Source: Octopus bimaculoides (lineage: Eukaryota). Taken from it: a stretch of DNA of 42,571 nucleotides. The notes under the pieces were generated by a model, which did not search any database, was not told the DNA's origin, and worked only from the letters and a program-made list of their open reading frames with translations. The stretch's first letter is position 1, and each line of letters opens with the position of its first letter. Of this stretch, positions 13,310 through 23,800 are shown one piece after another. The position numbers and the translations under genes are program-made. The stretch is taken from assembly GCF_001194135.2 (NCBI RefSeq), contig NC_068998.1:40501335-40543905 (forward strand), given 5' to 3'.

Positions 13310-13935
13310 TTTTCTTTCATGTTGTCCATTTTTTTTTTTTTTTAGGCTGAATGGATGATGAAGATGGGGTTTGGTGGGGTGAGTGTGTGGACATTAGACA
13401 TGGACGACTTCAATAATCTATGTGGTGATGGTGATTATCCACTATTGAGACAGATTAATAAGATATTGATGAGGTAAGTCAATCACTTCTTTTTAAACAA
13501 CCTGCAGCATACTCTATTCCCCTACCCTTCTTTTTCCTCTTTCTTTTATTTTACCTCTTCCTCCTCCTCCTCCTCCTTTTCCTCATCATCCACCACTGCC
13601 GCTACCTCCACAACCACCACCACAGCCACTGCCACCACTTCCATTTGTCTTTCCCTTCTTTGTCATCATTTACTTCTACTTTCACTTGTGGCCATTGCAT
13701 AACAATCATGCTCACACTTATCTTCACAACTGTTAACTGATTTATCCCGCCAGTAGTCATATAGTTATCTTAAAGCTTAAGCTATGTAACTGTAAAGCTC
13801 GCACCATAAATGAGAAGATAAACCACGAGAGAGTACAAATGCTCCACCTGTACCTTGCATTAAAATATTCTTTTTCCATTAAAATATTCTTTTCTGTTTT
13901 TTGTCTTTACTTTTTACAGTGAAACAAGATCCTAA
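167..13935 (+). CDS. Gene A: secreted GH18 chitinase (chitotriosidase/AMCase-like), 9 coding exons, 389 aa, no chitin-binding domain
   Basis: join(167-221,2069-2246,4604-4841,7357-7481,9451-9577,10861-11046,11496-11612,13346-13473,13920-13935) = 1170 nt with consistent phases (1,2,0,2,0,0,0,2) and all GT-AG introns. GH18 motifs: RRVCYYTNWSQYR, KLVLSIGGY, FDGLDIDWEYP, MAYDFHGPW, KLNLGLATYGRGF, VPY..WIGYDD, WTLDMDDF. Orthology to a named gene cannot be assigned without a phylogeny. Confidence 0.92.
446..1732 (-). mobile_element. Full-length degenerate mariner transposon in gene A intron 1
   Basis: Imperfect ~30-bp TIRs (446-477 attaggtcatcccataaataatgtgttttttt; 1703-1732 reverse complement). 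Decayed transposase at 1550-523: EHIWHILLYEF..TISVSQCQRWFQKF, IVTCGEKWVLY, FHQDN, HLPYSPDSIPSDYHLF, RGLASLPDRW. About 1.29 kb, with stops and frameshifts. Confidence 0.9.
2069..2246 (+). CDS. Gene A exon 2 (LAATSYRRVCYYTNWSQYR...ENNDVL)
   Basis: ttttccag| acceptor, AT|gtaagt donor, GH18 N-terminal motif and DPSLCSHIHFAFA. Confidence 0.95.
2355..2600. repeat. Degenerate ~40-bp minisatellite
   Basis: Five to six diverged copies of a unit resembling (ct)agacc..tacaatgtgcacccctttt.ccc.ttcagcat. Confidence 0.6.
2712..4210 (-). mobile_element. 5'-truncated mariner remnant, interrupted by an RTE LINE
   Basis: 3711-4210 encodes CVWWNFKGELHFELVP, QHDNGLAHTA, LEMLPFSAYSP, DYRL, KWYRHVIELLAQ. The last codons (EYDRKYFDE*) resume at 2818-2790, followed by a TIR-like TA|cctggttgagtcaaaagtt at 2710-2730. 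Confidence 0.8.
2819..3705 (-). mobile_element. 5'-truncated RTE-clade (RTE-X-like) LINE
   Basis: WKEAFESKGLKVNL, a Cys/His cluster (CTKHGKWIHGRC..FICGRC), FCYLGD, KGRVYRSCVRSAMLYGSRTW, LARVNGVRWY. (CATT)n tail at 2819-2835 and a 5-bp TSD (ttctg at 2814-2818 and 3706-3710). Confidence 0.88.
4604..4841 (+). CDS. Gene A exon 3 (catalytic, FDGLDIDWEYP)
   Basis: Long poly-T acceptor tttctttag|, TGG|gtaagg donor, intact DxDxE motif, 238 nt (same as gene B exon 3). Confidence 0.97.
5976..6317 (+). mobile_element. SINE/LINE-tail family ending in (GAT)n (further copies near 8740-8860 +, 16935-17125 -, 29745-29915 +)
   Basis: Shared core gagtggttggc.ttaggaagggcatccagc...ccatgccagcatggaaagcggac.ttaaatgatgatgat, seen four times in the window. 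Confidence 0.75.
7050..7255 (-). mobile_element. tRNA-derived SINE with CORE-like middle (related copy near 33995-34095 -)
   Basis: The minus strand reads gtggttagggtgttgcactc...ggttttgattcc (A/B-box-like), then gtgttcttgagcaaaacact..cacattgctctagtttactcaactgtaa. Confidence 0.6.
7357..7481 (+). CDS. Gene A exon 4 (ELRQNFDKEGKRTQKEPLLLTCAVAAGKNKIEAGYDVANLA)
   Basis: ttttag| acceptor, AA|gtaagt donor, 125 nt (same as gene B exon 4). Absent from the ORF track because it is short. Confidence 0.95.
8038..8631. repeat. Identical 155-bp direct duplication (8038-8192 and 8477-8631) flanking a 100-N gap
   Basis: The two copies read identically by eye, from acaattgatctat to gggaattgaactc. Confidence 0.9.
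8293..8476 (-). mobile_element. Young tRNA-derived SINE, 5' part (3' part lost in gap)
   Basis: Minus strand gtggaggtgcaaTGGCCCAGTGGttagggcagcggactcgcag...GGTTTCGATTCCcag has clear A and B boxes and retains CpGs. Confidence 0.75.
8900..9130. repeat. Degenerate ~88-bp tandem repeat (about 2.5 copies)
   Basis: Recurrent actaga.tg..aatg.cca...tcttata.atttatat.a..at.t.taaaaactgacc. Confidence 0.5.
9451..9577 (+). CDS. Gene A exon 5 (LMDYISVMAYDFHGPW...RQLNV)
   Basis: gttacag| acceptor, GTG|gtaata donor, MxYDxHG motif. Confidence 0.95.
10145..10378 (+). mobile_element. SINE 3' half (second copy near 32700-32875; a SINE head fragment at 20147-20185 may belong to the same family)
   Basis: Shared gtctgtgtttgtcccccc..gtccccrtaact.agc.gttcagcaaaagagacc.atagaataa..ctggggt.gattt..aaggcagtgctc. 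Confidence 0.7.
10861..11046 (+). CDS. Gene A exon 6 (VWTMQYWASKGAPRAKLNLGLATYGRGF...GFLAYFE)
   Basis: cttctag| acceptor preceded by CA-rich repeat, GAG|gtaaat donor, 186 nt (same as gene B exon 6). Confidence 0.93.
11496..11612 (+). CDS. Gene A exon 7 (HCHLKNKTTSYWMDDSKVPYIVNGDQWIGYDDQKSMKFK)
   Basis: ctcatctttag| acceptor, AAG|gtaatt donor, 117 nt (same as gene B exon 7). Confidence 0.95.
13346..13473 (+). CDS. Gene A exon 8 (AEWMMKMGFGGVSVWTLDMDDFNNLCGDGDYPLLRQINKILM)
   Basis: Poly-T acceptor, AG|gtaagt donor, GH18 C-terminal WxxDxDDF and YPLL motifs. Confidence 0.95.
13920..13935 (+). CDS. Gene A terminal exon, coding part (S-E-T-R-S-stop)
   Basis: Strong acceptor ttgtctttactttttacag| in phase 2, TAA at 13933-13935, then AATAAA at 14106-14111 with a downstream GT-rich tract. 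Not homology-supported. Confidence 0.65.
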
Positions 13936-14105
13936 ATACACTGGAGGATAATTCCAAAATGGACAAACAATTCATGTAGAAACAACATAGAGGTGTTTGT
14001 ATATGTGGTTACTAGAGAAACTAGTAAATATTCCCAACACATTGACAACAAATATACACTCTGTAACATCTATAATTTTCTCATTATTGTCATATGACTT
14101 AAAGA

Positions 14106-14160
14106 AATAAAATGTCATCAACGATTTTCACGAGTGTTTGGATTGTTGTTTTTGTTTACT
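14106..14160 (+). terminator. Putative polyadenylation signal of gene A
   Basis: AATAAA at 14106-14111 followed about 25 nt later by gtgtttggattgttgtttttgttt. Confidence 0.55.
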
Positions 14161-14364
14161 AGTTTGTTTAATTTGGTGATCAAAACACAAGAGGTTGTGC
14201 AGTAGACATGTCCTTAATGGTCTCACTCAAACCATGTGTGTTTGGTATGGTTCACATTCAATACGAGCTTATATAGTATGTACAGGATGGACCAAAAGTC
14301 ACGCACCAAAACATTCCACATTTTATTATTATTATTATTATTATTATTCATGTTATTATTATTA

Positions 14365-14590
14365 AGGTGGCAAGCTGATAGAGTCGTTAGCACACCAGGT
14401 GAAATGCTTAGTGGTATTTCATCTTTTAGTATGTTCTGAATTCAAATTCTACTGAGGTCATCTTTGTCTTTCATCCTTTCAGGCTCGATAAATTAAGTAC
14501 CAGTGAAACACTGGTGTCAATGTAATCGATTAGATCCCTCCCCCTAAATTTCAGGCCATGTGCCTTTAACAAAAAGGATTATTATTATTC
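14365..14590 (+). mobile_element. Abundant SINE-like family (other copies near 15721-15895 +, 17375-17500 +, 8545-8700 -, 11068-11225 -, 24720-24875 -, 33715-33850 -)
   Basis: Shared ggtggc.agctg...gttagca...aaatgcttagtgg.atttc...ttcaaattct.ctga.gtc.actttg.ctttcatcc...ataaa.taa.taccag; the complete copy ends in (ATT)n. Confidence 0.7.
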
Positions 14591-15319
14591 ATTTTGTTCA
14601 TCAAGTAGATGCATATTCATCATTATTTTATATATTTTATCCAGTCTTAGAAAAATTGAAGCATGTCTTTGACAATTCTGGAGCATGTTGAACTTATTTT
14701 GTGCATGACTTTTGACCCCCCACTTTATACGAAATGTTTATGTTGTTTTCTTTCCACTTTTGATCTTTATTTTTTCTTTTCTTTCTTCTTTTTTCTGAGT
14801 TTATTTATTTATTTTTTTGTTTCTTAGTTTCGAAGAAAGGGCAGTGCCTATGATCCTTTATTGGACTTCCAAGACAAGAAGGACGGTTGGGGAGGAGTGA
14901 GGGAGAGCAGAACTTATCTTCAAACCAGGGAACCTGGCCTCAATGCTTGCATCAGAGTAGAATCAGTTACAGTCACTGGAGATGGTGTTAAACTTCATGA
15001 TAGATTCAGTCTACTGCCAAGGTAGACCAACAAGCAATTTGAACTCAGAACAGGTCTGAACAAATATCACAAGACACAACTACACACCATTCTAACATTT
15101 TTATTTATCGACTCTGGAAAAATTAAGGCCATGCCTGATCTTGGTGGGGTTCAAACACAAAATGTAAGATGCTGGAATTAATACTATAAAGCATTTTATT
15201 TGATGCCCAAACAACTCTTCTACTTCACTGAGATATTAGCAAGATTTGGGATGAGAGAGAACTTTTGAGGTGCTATAGCCCTAGAGCAGAACTGACCAAA
15301 ATGTTTAGAAAAGGATACA

Positions 15320-15665
15320 GAGAGATGAGGTGGAGGTGTTATGTAAATGGGTAGATGTGAGCAACAGCAACCATTGTAGCAGGGTAGAAAATATAACAGT
15401 GAAAGGAAAGCTGTATGAGATGGAGGTGGTATATAACTGGGTAGATGTGAGGAATGGAGACTGTTCTGGTAGTGACACAAATAGTAGGAGTGAGGAGACA
15501 GAGAGAGATGAAATGGAGGTGGTGTGTAAATTGAGTAGATGTGAGAAACAGTGACTATTGTAGTAGTGGTCAAACTGTAAGAGGGAAAAGATAGAGAGAT
15601 GAGATAGAGGTGGAGGAAGAAGCTAGATGTATGGAACAGAGATTGTTGTGGTAGTGGTAGAAAAG
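15320..15665. repeat. Purine-rich ~90-bp degenerate tandem array (4 copies) between the two convergent 3' ends
   Basis: Recurrent gagatg...tggaggtg.t.t.taa.tgggtagatgtgag..aca..gact.ttgtag.ag. Confidence 0.65.
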
Positions 15666-16035
15666 GTAATATATATCAAATATATGGCCATATGTCCATA
15701 TTATAAATTAATATTTCAGAGGTGGAAGGTGGCGAGCTGGCAGAATTGTTAGCATGTTGGGCAAAATGCTTAGTGGCATTTCATCCATCTTCACACTCTG
15801 GGTTCAAATTCTGCTGAAGTCGACTTTGCTTTTCATCCTTTTGGGGTCAATAAAGTAAACACCAGTTGAGTTTTGAGGGTTGATATAATCAGAAGTGGTG
15901 TAAGATGTTAGTTTGTGTCACAACAGCAGCAAGATCCTATAGAACCGAATAGTACACTATCATGGGTCTTGCTTGAACCATACTGGAATATTTAAATAGT
16001 CCTTTCACAAAATAGATAAATAAATAATAAAGATT

Positions 16036-16084
16036 GAAAAACAACAACAAAAAGACATTTCATTTCTTAACATTTTTCTTTATT
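16036..16084 (-). terminator. Putative polyadenylation signal of gene B
   Basis: Minus-strand AATAAA at 16084-16079, 65 nt after the stop codon, followed by ttgttgttgtttttc (16050-16036). Confidence 0.55.
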
Positions 16085-16148
16085 TTCCAATTACATTCAG
16101 TTTTGTTAATTTCTTCTTTTCATTTAGTATCTTAATAGCAAACAAACT

Positions 16149-16330
16149 TTAACATCCGGGCACACTTGAAGAGAAGTCACAGGTTTTAATGGCTGTGCTG
16201 AAAGATGTTCCAGGAGGACAGGGAAGTACTTGTTTAATTCCATTAGAACATATCATATAGTTTTTACAGTCTCCTGGGATTGCATAGCTCCCCGGTGCCT
16301 TGCCTTTGCAACTGGCACTAGATGACGCCC
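16149..16330 (-). CDS. Gene B exon 11: CBM14 chitin-binding domain and stop
   Basis: ccatttag| acceptor. Translation GASSSASCKGKAPGSYAIPGDCKNYMICSNGIKQVLPCPPGTSFSTAIKTCDFSSSVPGC* has the six-Cys peritrophin-A spacing. Confidence 0.93.
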
Positions 16331-17808
16331 CTAAATGGTAAAAGAAAGAATACATGTGTATATGTGAGTGTGTGAGTGTACATACATATGTATATATGTA
16401 TGTACATATATCACTAGCAGAGATACCCGGCATTGTTCGGGATTAAAATGGCATAGTTTGTATATAATATATTACAGTTACATTGAAAGAGGTGATATGG
16501 GAAAGTGCAGCATCAGATCTAACATCTTGTCTAAGTGCAACAGAGGGACCTCCCAAAAAAAACACTCAAGCACGAGGTGTAGATGGTATTAAACCAGGTA
16601 GCAGATTAAGTCTACCACCAAGGCTGAACAGATGCAGTACATCCCACATGCATCTGTGCATTTTGCTTTGCCCCAGCCCCACTCACAAGGTTTCGGTTGA
16701 CCCAAAGTTACAAAAAGAAACACATTACTGAGAAGTAAACTTCAGAACTCACAAAGCCAAGCCTTCACCTATATTTAGCCTTAAGACCTCACTGAACTGC
16801 TGAACCCTTTTGGAATCTTGGAACCAACAACTCTGTTGCTTATAAATTACATTATATAAACTGAAAGTAGTAAATCCACAAAATCCTACGGGCAATGGAC
16901 AAAATTACTTGAGGTATTTTTCCTGACTTTTAACATTCATCATCATCATAATCACCATCATCATTTAGCATGTTTTCCATGCCGCCATGAGTTGGGTGGT
17001 TTGGTAGGATCCAATGAGCCACAGAACTGCATTGCATTCCATGTCAGCTTTGGCATGATTTTTACAGCTGGATGCCCTTCCTAATGTCAACCACTTTACA
17101 GTGTACACTGGATGCTTGTTTTCATTCCACCAGCACTAGTGGGGTTACCCAATAATTTGCAAGACAGGAAAGGAGAAGAAAAGAAAAAAACAGGAGAAAA
17201 GGGAAAGGCCCTCTTGACTGAGGGGCAGTGGTATTTGAGAAGGAGGAGAAGCAATTTTTATGCCAGGGACAAGAAAGTGTCTTGCCGTAGACAAGATATA
17301 CAGCTGCCCTGCATTTATATATGGGTAAGTGGGAGTATCTAGACTAAAGAGAGTGATCAGATGCCAGAGCAAAAACTGAGGTCAACTTTGCTTTCCATCC
17401 CACACCAGGGTCAATAAAATAAAATGCAGTTTAGTATTAGGGCCAATGTAATTAACTAGTCCCTCTGTGTCTAAAGTGCTAGCCTTATACCTAAATTAGA
17501 AACAAAAAATTGCAATATAAACTAAATGAATACATGATTTAAAACAATGTCATTTATAAAAGATCTGAAAGTTCCTGTCTTACCGTTTCCTGGTTTCTGT
17601 GTCTGTGTCTGAGCTGGAGGTGAAGAGGTTACGACATCCTGCACACCTAAAATGAAAAGTATATCAAGTTAATTTTCTCCCCATGAAGGATACAACACAG
17701 GAACTCTAAAGGAACCTTTGAATTTATAATTTTTATTTGAATGAAAGAAACTTTATAATTTATATCTTTATTTTTACAATGTATGCTTTTGTGCATCGAG
17801 CATTGTTC

Positions 17809-17860
<52 letters not shown>

Positions 17861-19103
17861 ATGTTTCTCCTGCATGTATAATTTTGTAACTCCTATTAGC
17901 AAATGAAATATGTGACTAATTAATTCCAAAACTATTTTCCAATCTCTTGTTTTGATATGTAATTATTCTGCAAAAAAATATACTCCAGTGTTTTTCAACT
18001 TCCATGCATACCTCACCTCAAACAAATATGAGTACCAGAATAAGCAGATGTGCTTCAAGAGAACACACTTTGGATTATAACCCTATCTGCAATATATATA
18101 TACATGCGCACACAGACAGACAAACAGACGAACAAACAGATAATTAGGTCTCATAACAGCCAATTCATGTTACTAAACAGTTTCATGCTAAAGAACCTTT
18201 CAAGTGCAGAAATGTAAATTGTCAATCATTGGGCATGATTGATGGAAAGGTATGTTTTGACTGGTGAAAACTTATTGGAAAACTATATATATATATATAT
18301 ATATANNNNNNNNNNNNNNNNNNNNNNNNNNNNNNNNNNNNNNNNNNNNNNNNNNNNNNNNNNNNNNNNNNNNNNNNNNNNNNNNNNNNNNNNNNNNNNN
18401 NNNNNNNNNNNNNNNNNNNNNNNNNNNNNNNNNNNNNNNNNNNNNNNNNNNNNNNNNNNNNNNNNNNNNNNNNNNNNNNNNNNNNNNNNNNNNNNNNNNN
18501 NNNNNNNNNNNNNNNNNNNNNNNNNNNNNNNNNNNNNNNNNNNNNNNNNNNNNNNNNNNNNNNNNNNNNNNNNNNNNNNNNNNNNNNNNNNNNNNNNNNN
18601 NNNNNNNNNNNNNNNNNNNNNNNNNNNNNNNNNNNNNNNNNNNNNNNNNNNNNNNNNNNNNNNNNNNNNNNNNNNNNNNNNNNNNNNNNNNNNNNNNNNN
18701 NNNNNNNNNNNNNNNNNNNNNNNNNNNNNNNNNNNNNNNNNNNNNNNNNNNNNNNNNNNNNNNNNNNNNNNNNNNNNNNNNNNNNNNNNNNNNNNNNNNN
18801 NNNNNNNNNNNNNNNNNNNNNNNNNNNNNNNNNNNNNNNNNNNNNNNNNNNNNNNNNNNNNNNNNNNNNNNNNNNNNNNNNNNNNNNNNNNNNNNNNNNN
18901 NNNNNNNNNNNNNNNNNNNNNNNNNNNNNNNNNNNNNNNNNNNNNNNNNNNNNNNNNNNNNNNNNNNNNNNNNNNNNNNNNNNNNNNNNNNNNNNNNNNN
19001 NNNNNNNNNNNNNNNNNNNNNNNNNNNNNNNNNNNNNNNNNNNNNNNNNNNNNNNNNNNNNNNNNNNNNNNNNNNNNNNNNNNNNNNNNNNNNNNNNNNN
19101 NNT

Positions 19104-19145
<42 letters not shown>

Positions 19146-20108
19146 CTAACATTATGCTGTTCATTCTTGACATAAATTCTTCAACAGTATAAATAGTGTA
19201 TTTCATTCTGTTGCAACCCCAATACAAACCTCAACTGTGTCATGGTGTGAGGAGGATGTAGAGGAGGAGAAGGTGCATCATGATGGTGGTGGTGACAGTG
19301 GTGGTGGTGATGATCATGATGATGATATAAACAATGGTGATGATGATTTTAAAAGGATGTTAGCTCTCACCTGAAGATGAAGATGACCTGAATAAATGAA
19401 GAAAAGAAATACATTTATGCAATAATAATAATAATAATAATCCTTTCTATTATTAGTAGGATTTGAACTCAGAACATAAAGTGTCAGAAAAAAGACAATG
19501 AAGCATTTTTTCTATTGTGCTAATGATTCTACAATAGACCCAAGCATATAGCTTGACACACACATGTGAAGAGACTTAGAAAATAATTTTTTTAAAATAC
19601 CACAGAATCCATAATGAAATCAATAATGTAGAAAAAAAAACATATAGTGAATCAGAAATGCAGACAAACACTATAGAAATACAACTTAATAGAAATAAGA
19701 AGCAAACAATATCAAAGAGCACGTTACAGAAAAGATCATCGTTAAATCTCAGAGAATCTATTTTTGTGAAAAGGGACAGTGATTCTTTATGCAAAACAAA
19801 CAGTTTGACTCCAACACAAAAACGTTTTTATCAAGAACTTAGTATAAACATAACAGAAATCAATAGAATATCAGCAGTATATGAACAGTATATATTCTAT
19901 GTACTGTTTGTGCAGGTTTGGTTACGTTTTCTGATGAGTTGTAATGCACCTGAGCACTGTATACAATAAGTTCATTATTATATATATATATATATATATA
20001 TATGCATTAATGGGGAGGGGTGTGCACAACAAAGAAAGTGCCACAAAAGTTGTGTAAAAAAAAAAGAAAATCATTCTTGTCCATAATGATGTCTTATACA
20101 GATCATGC

Positions 20109-20145
<37 letters not shown>

Positions 20146-20200
20146 TCAGGCGCAGGAGTGGCTGTGTGGTAAGTAGCTTGCTTACTACCATCACCATCAT

Positions 20201-20233
<33 letters not shown>

Positions 20234-20821
20234 TAATAAGCTAGACACCATCAAACATACCCAAGTTCTTGATTAATTGCTTTCATGAGAGGATATTTTC
20301 CCTTTTGACAAATATCGTTGAAATCATCCAAGCAGATGGTCCAAACAGCTAATCCACCAAATCCTTGGGATTTCAGCCATTTTACCTGCAATATTGAACA
20401 AGGCATCACCAGAAGTAATATTGTTATCATTATTTATCATTATTATTTGAAAATACATTCTATACCTGTAGATATATCAAAAGAATGTTTAAGTGAAAGC
20501 AATAATTTGAATGAGAAAAATAAGAGTGGATTTACTGGTATAAATACCTTTTTCCAGTATATTTCTGTATGTACATATAAAATGCATAGCTGCCTGTCTT
20601 ACCTTTATTTTCAAACTCTTGACATTGTCATAACCAACCCAAGTCCTACCCTTGACAATATAGGGTACTTCAGCTTGATCCATCCAGTGATAGTTGCTTC
20701 CTGTCTTCATTGTACAAATCTGAAAATATAGCCATGAAATGCCACATGATAACATGTATCATATATGTAGCTGTTGTTGTTGGTATTGCTTCTGCTGTTG
20801 CTTATTTTCAAGTCAGCCTAG

Positions 20822-20885
<64 letters not shown>

Positions 20886-23800
20886 NNNNNNNNNNNNNNN
20901 NNNNNNNNNNNNNNNNNNNNNNNNNNNNNNNNNNNNNNNNNNNNNNNNNNNNNNNNNNNNNNNNNNNNNNNNNNNNNNNNNNNNNNNNNNNNNNNNNNNN
21001 NNNNNNNNNNNNNNNNNNNNNNNNNNNNNNNNNNNNNNNNNNNNNNNNNNNNNNNNNNNNNNNNNNNNNNNNNNNNNNNNNNNNNNNNNNNNNNNNNNNN
21101 NNNNNNNNNNNNNNNNNNNNNNNNNNNNNNNNNNNNNNNNNNNNNNNNNNNNNNNNNNNNNNNNNNNNNNNNNNNNNNNNNNNNNNNNNNNNNNNNNNNN
21201 NNNNNNNNNNNNNNNNNNNNNNNNNNNNNNNNNNNNNNNNNNNNNNNNNNNNNNNNNNNNNNNNNNNNNNNNNNNNNNNNNNNNNNNNNNNNNNNNNNNN
21301 NNNNNNNNNNNNNNNNNNNNNNNNNNNNNNNNNNNNNNNNNNNNNNNNNNNNNNNNNNNNNNNNNNNNNNNNNNNNNNNNNNNNNNNNNNNNNNNNNNNN
21401 NNNNNNNNNNNNNNNNNNNNNNNNNNNNNNNNNNNNNNNNNNNNNNNNNNNNNNNNNNNNNNNNNNNNNNNNNNNNNNNNNNNNNNNNNNNNNNNNNNNN
21501 NNNNNNNNNNNNNNNNNNNNNNNNNNNNNNNNNNNNNNNNNNNNNNATAAACATTAAAAAGAACAACCAAAGAAAAACAAGGTTTGACTAATAAGGTATT
21601 TAATGAAAAAAGAAAATGTCTCAACGTTTAGTTCTTCATCAGAAGAGAGAAAGAGAGAATCATACAGAGTGTAGTATCATGTTGATACTAATGAGATCAA
21701 AGATAGATAAGAGAACATTTCTTACTTCATAATAAGCCAAAAATCCATCTTCTCCAGTATATTTACCACGAGGTGATGGTCCACTTGATGGAGCTCCAGG
21801 TTTAGAATTTGCAGCACTGGATAAAGTGTAACCTCTTCCATATGTGGCCAAACCCACATTTAATTTTTCCTTTGGTGCTCCTTTTGAAACCCAGTAGTCC
21901 ATGACCCATTCCTATGCAAGAGATACAAAAATAAATTTAAAAAACCATAGGTAAAAAAGTATAAAATATATATACTTATATATTTATATATTTCTTTTAT
22001 TTGCATTTATTTGATACTGTTTCATCTACAGAAAAAGAAAGGCCACAATTTACAATCATTTGGTGACCAACCTGCACTAAGAAGGTAAGTGAGATTAATG
22101 TAATAAATATGGTTTTCCAGAGCAGAAAAGAGTTTTCGAGTCTGCAAATAAATTTTCAGTTCTTTATTATAACCATTTTACAATTAATTATGTTACTAAC
22201 AGGGCATGAACATCACACAATCTCATTGAAGTCATATTCACAACAGTAATATCACATTTTATTGGTTCAGCCCCAATTCATGAAAAGCTCTACAAATGAA
22301 GCTAAAAACATGGCAGTATGTGAGAAACTGTCAATGACAAACCCTTACCGTATACAAATTTGTGATTTTGAATAAGTTAGTCAGCCATGTAGAGAAGATA
22401 GTGACATTTTGAGACTGATCCTTTATCTGAGAGGGGAAAAATATAGTTTCTCTCTTAGACAAAGAATCCCAAAACATCAATATCACCTTTTTCTCCAGAG
22501 TATACAAACTTCTTCAGAATGGGGAACTTTAGAATATAATTTTTATTAATGAAGACCACTTCCAGACTATGCTGTTCTACATACCACATTTAGTTGACGG
22601 CCATAACCTGTTTCATATGAAGCTGCATGCAGTGGTGCATTCTCTCCAACTTTGCGGTCCCAATAACCATGTAAATCATATGTCATGATTGTTATATAAT
22701 CCATGTATCTAGAATTTAAAAAAGGAAAGAAAACAAGAAACCATAATGTTGACAACAGCCATCATAACAGACACATTTTTGTGGCCATACAACAAAAATA
22801 GAACATATTTTGTTTCCTGTAGTCTCAAGATTTCATATTCACAAAGGAAAAGAAACAAAGTGTTTGACTGTAAATATGAATATGCCAGATATCTCAGGAA
22901 ATTATATGGACTGATGCTTACCATTTTGTGTGTGCATGTGTGTGTGTGTTTATGTTTGGTTTAAAGTGGATGAGTGTTTAATATCATCTAGTTTTGTTGC
23001 CAGATTATTTCAGTAAATATTCTTATATAATCTGATATCAACTCTCGGCAGACAGGCAGACTGAGGTATGTTGAATGTATCATACTGTGAACTCATCTGT
23101 TGTTGTGGAGTGTATCCTTAATAAAAAAAGATAAATTTATTGAATCACTCCAAAGAGGCAATGAGGGAACCACCACTCTGAAAATAGCATCAAAGTCTTC
23201 CTCATATGGTCCCTACAGACCAGAGTTTGAACACCAACAATCAGTTCCCTTTTGTGAATAATCTCAACATTCTACCAGATCAAGCTTCTGAATACATTAC
23301 TAGTCTATCATTAATAACTTTCATTAAACCATTGAATCTGTCATCAGTTTTGCAGTGTTTCTAATGCTAACTTTGTGACACTTACTTGGTTGTTTTGATT
23401 TAAGAATTTGAGCTCTAGATATCATATAGTGCCATTGTCATTGTCATCATCGTCATTGTTATTTTAATGTCCACTATGCTTGCATACATGGGTCAAACAG
23501 AATTTGTTGAGGCAGATTTTCTAAGGTTGAATATGCTTGATATTAATTTCTGATCCTTAATTGGTTCTCCAGTACCTACTGACTTTTACAAATTCTCAGG
23601 CCTTGTCCAGTAAGGATCCCAACTTTGAGGGGTAGGAGTTCACAATATTGAACTGTACGAATCTAGTTCTAGATTTATCCCTTGTGTCTTTGAACAAGTT
23701 AATAATTGTTTTAATGTCAGGCCACTGTTTGAACTCATCACTTCTCTTTCTAAACTTTTTTATATGCTTTTGTAATTTTTTGCTTCTAAGGCCTCTCTCT

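Noticed and set aside
13474-16100. Search for a plus-strand CBM14 exon for gene A
   Set aside because: No six-Cys frame was found by eye; the only CBM14 is on the minus strand and belongs to gene B.
19658-19969. 103-aa plus-strand ORF in gene B intron 8
   Set aside because: A-rich composition explains the lack of stops, there is no recognisable domain, and it is antisense to gene B.
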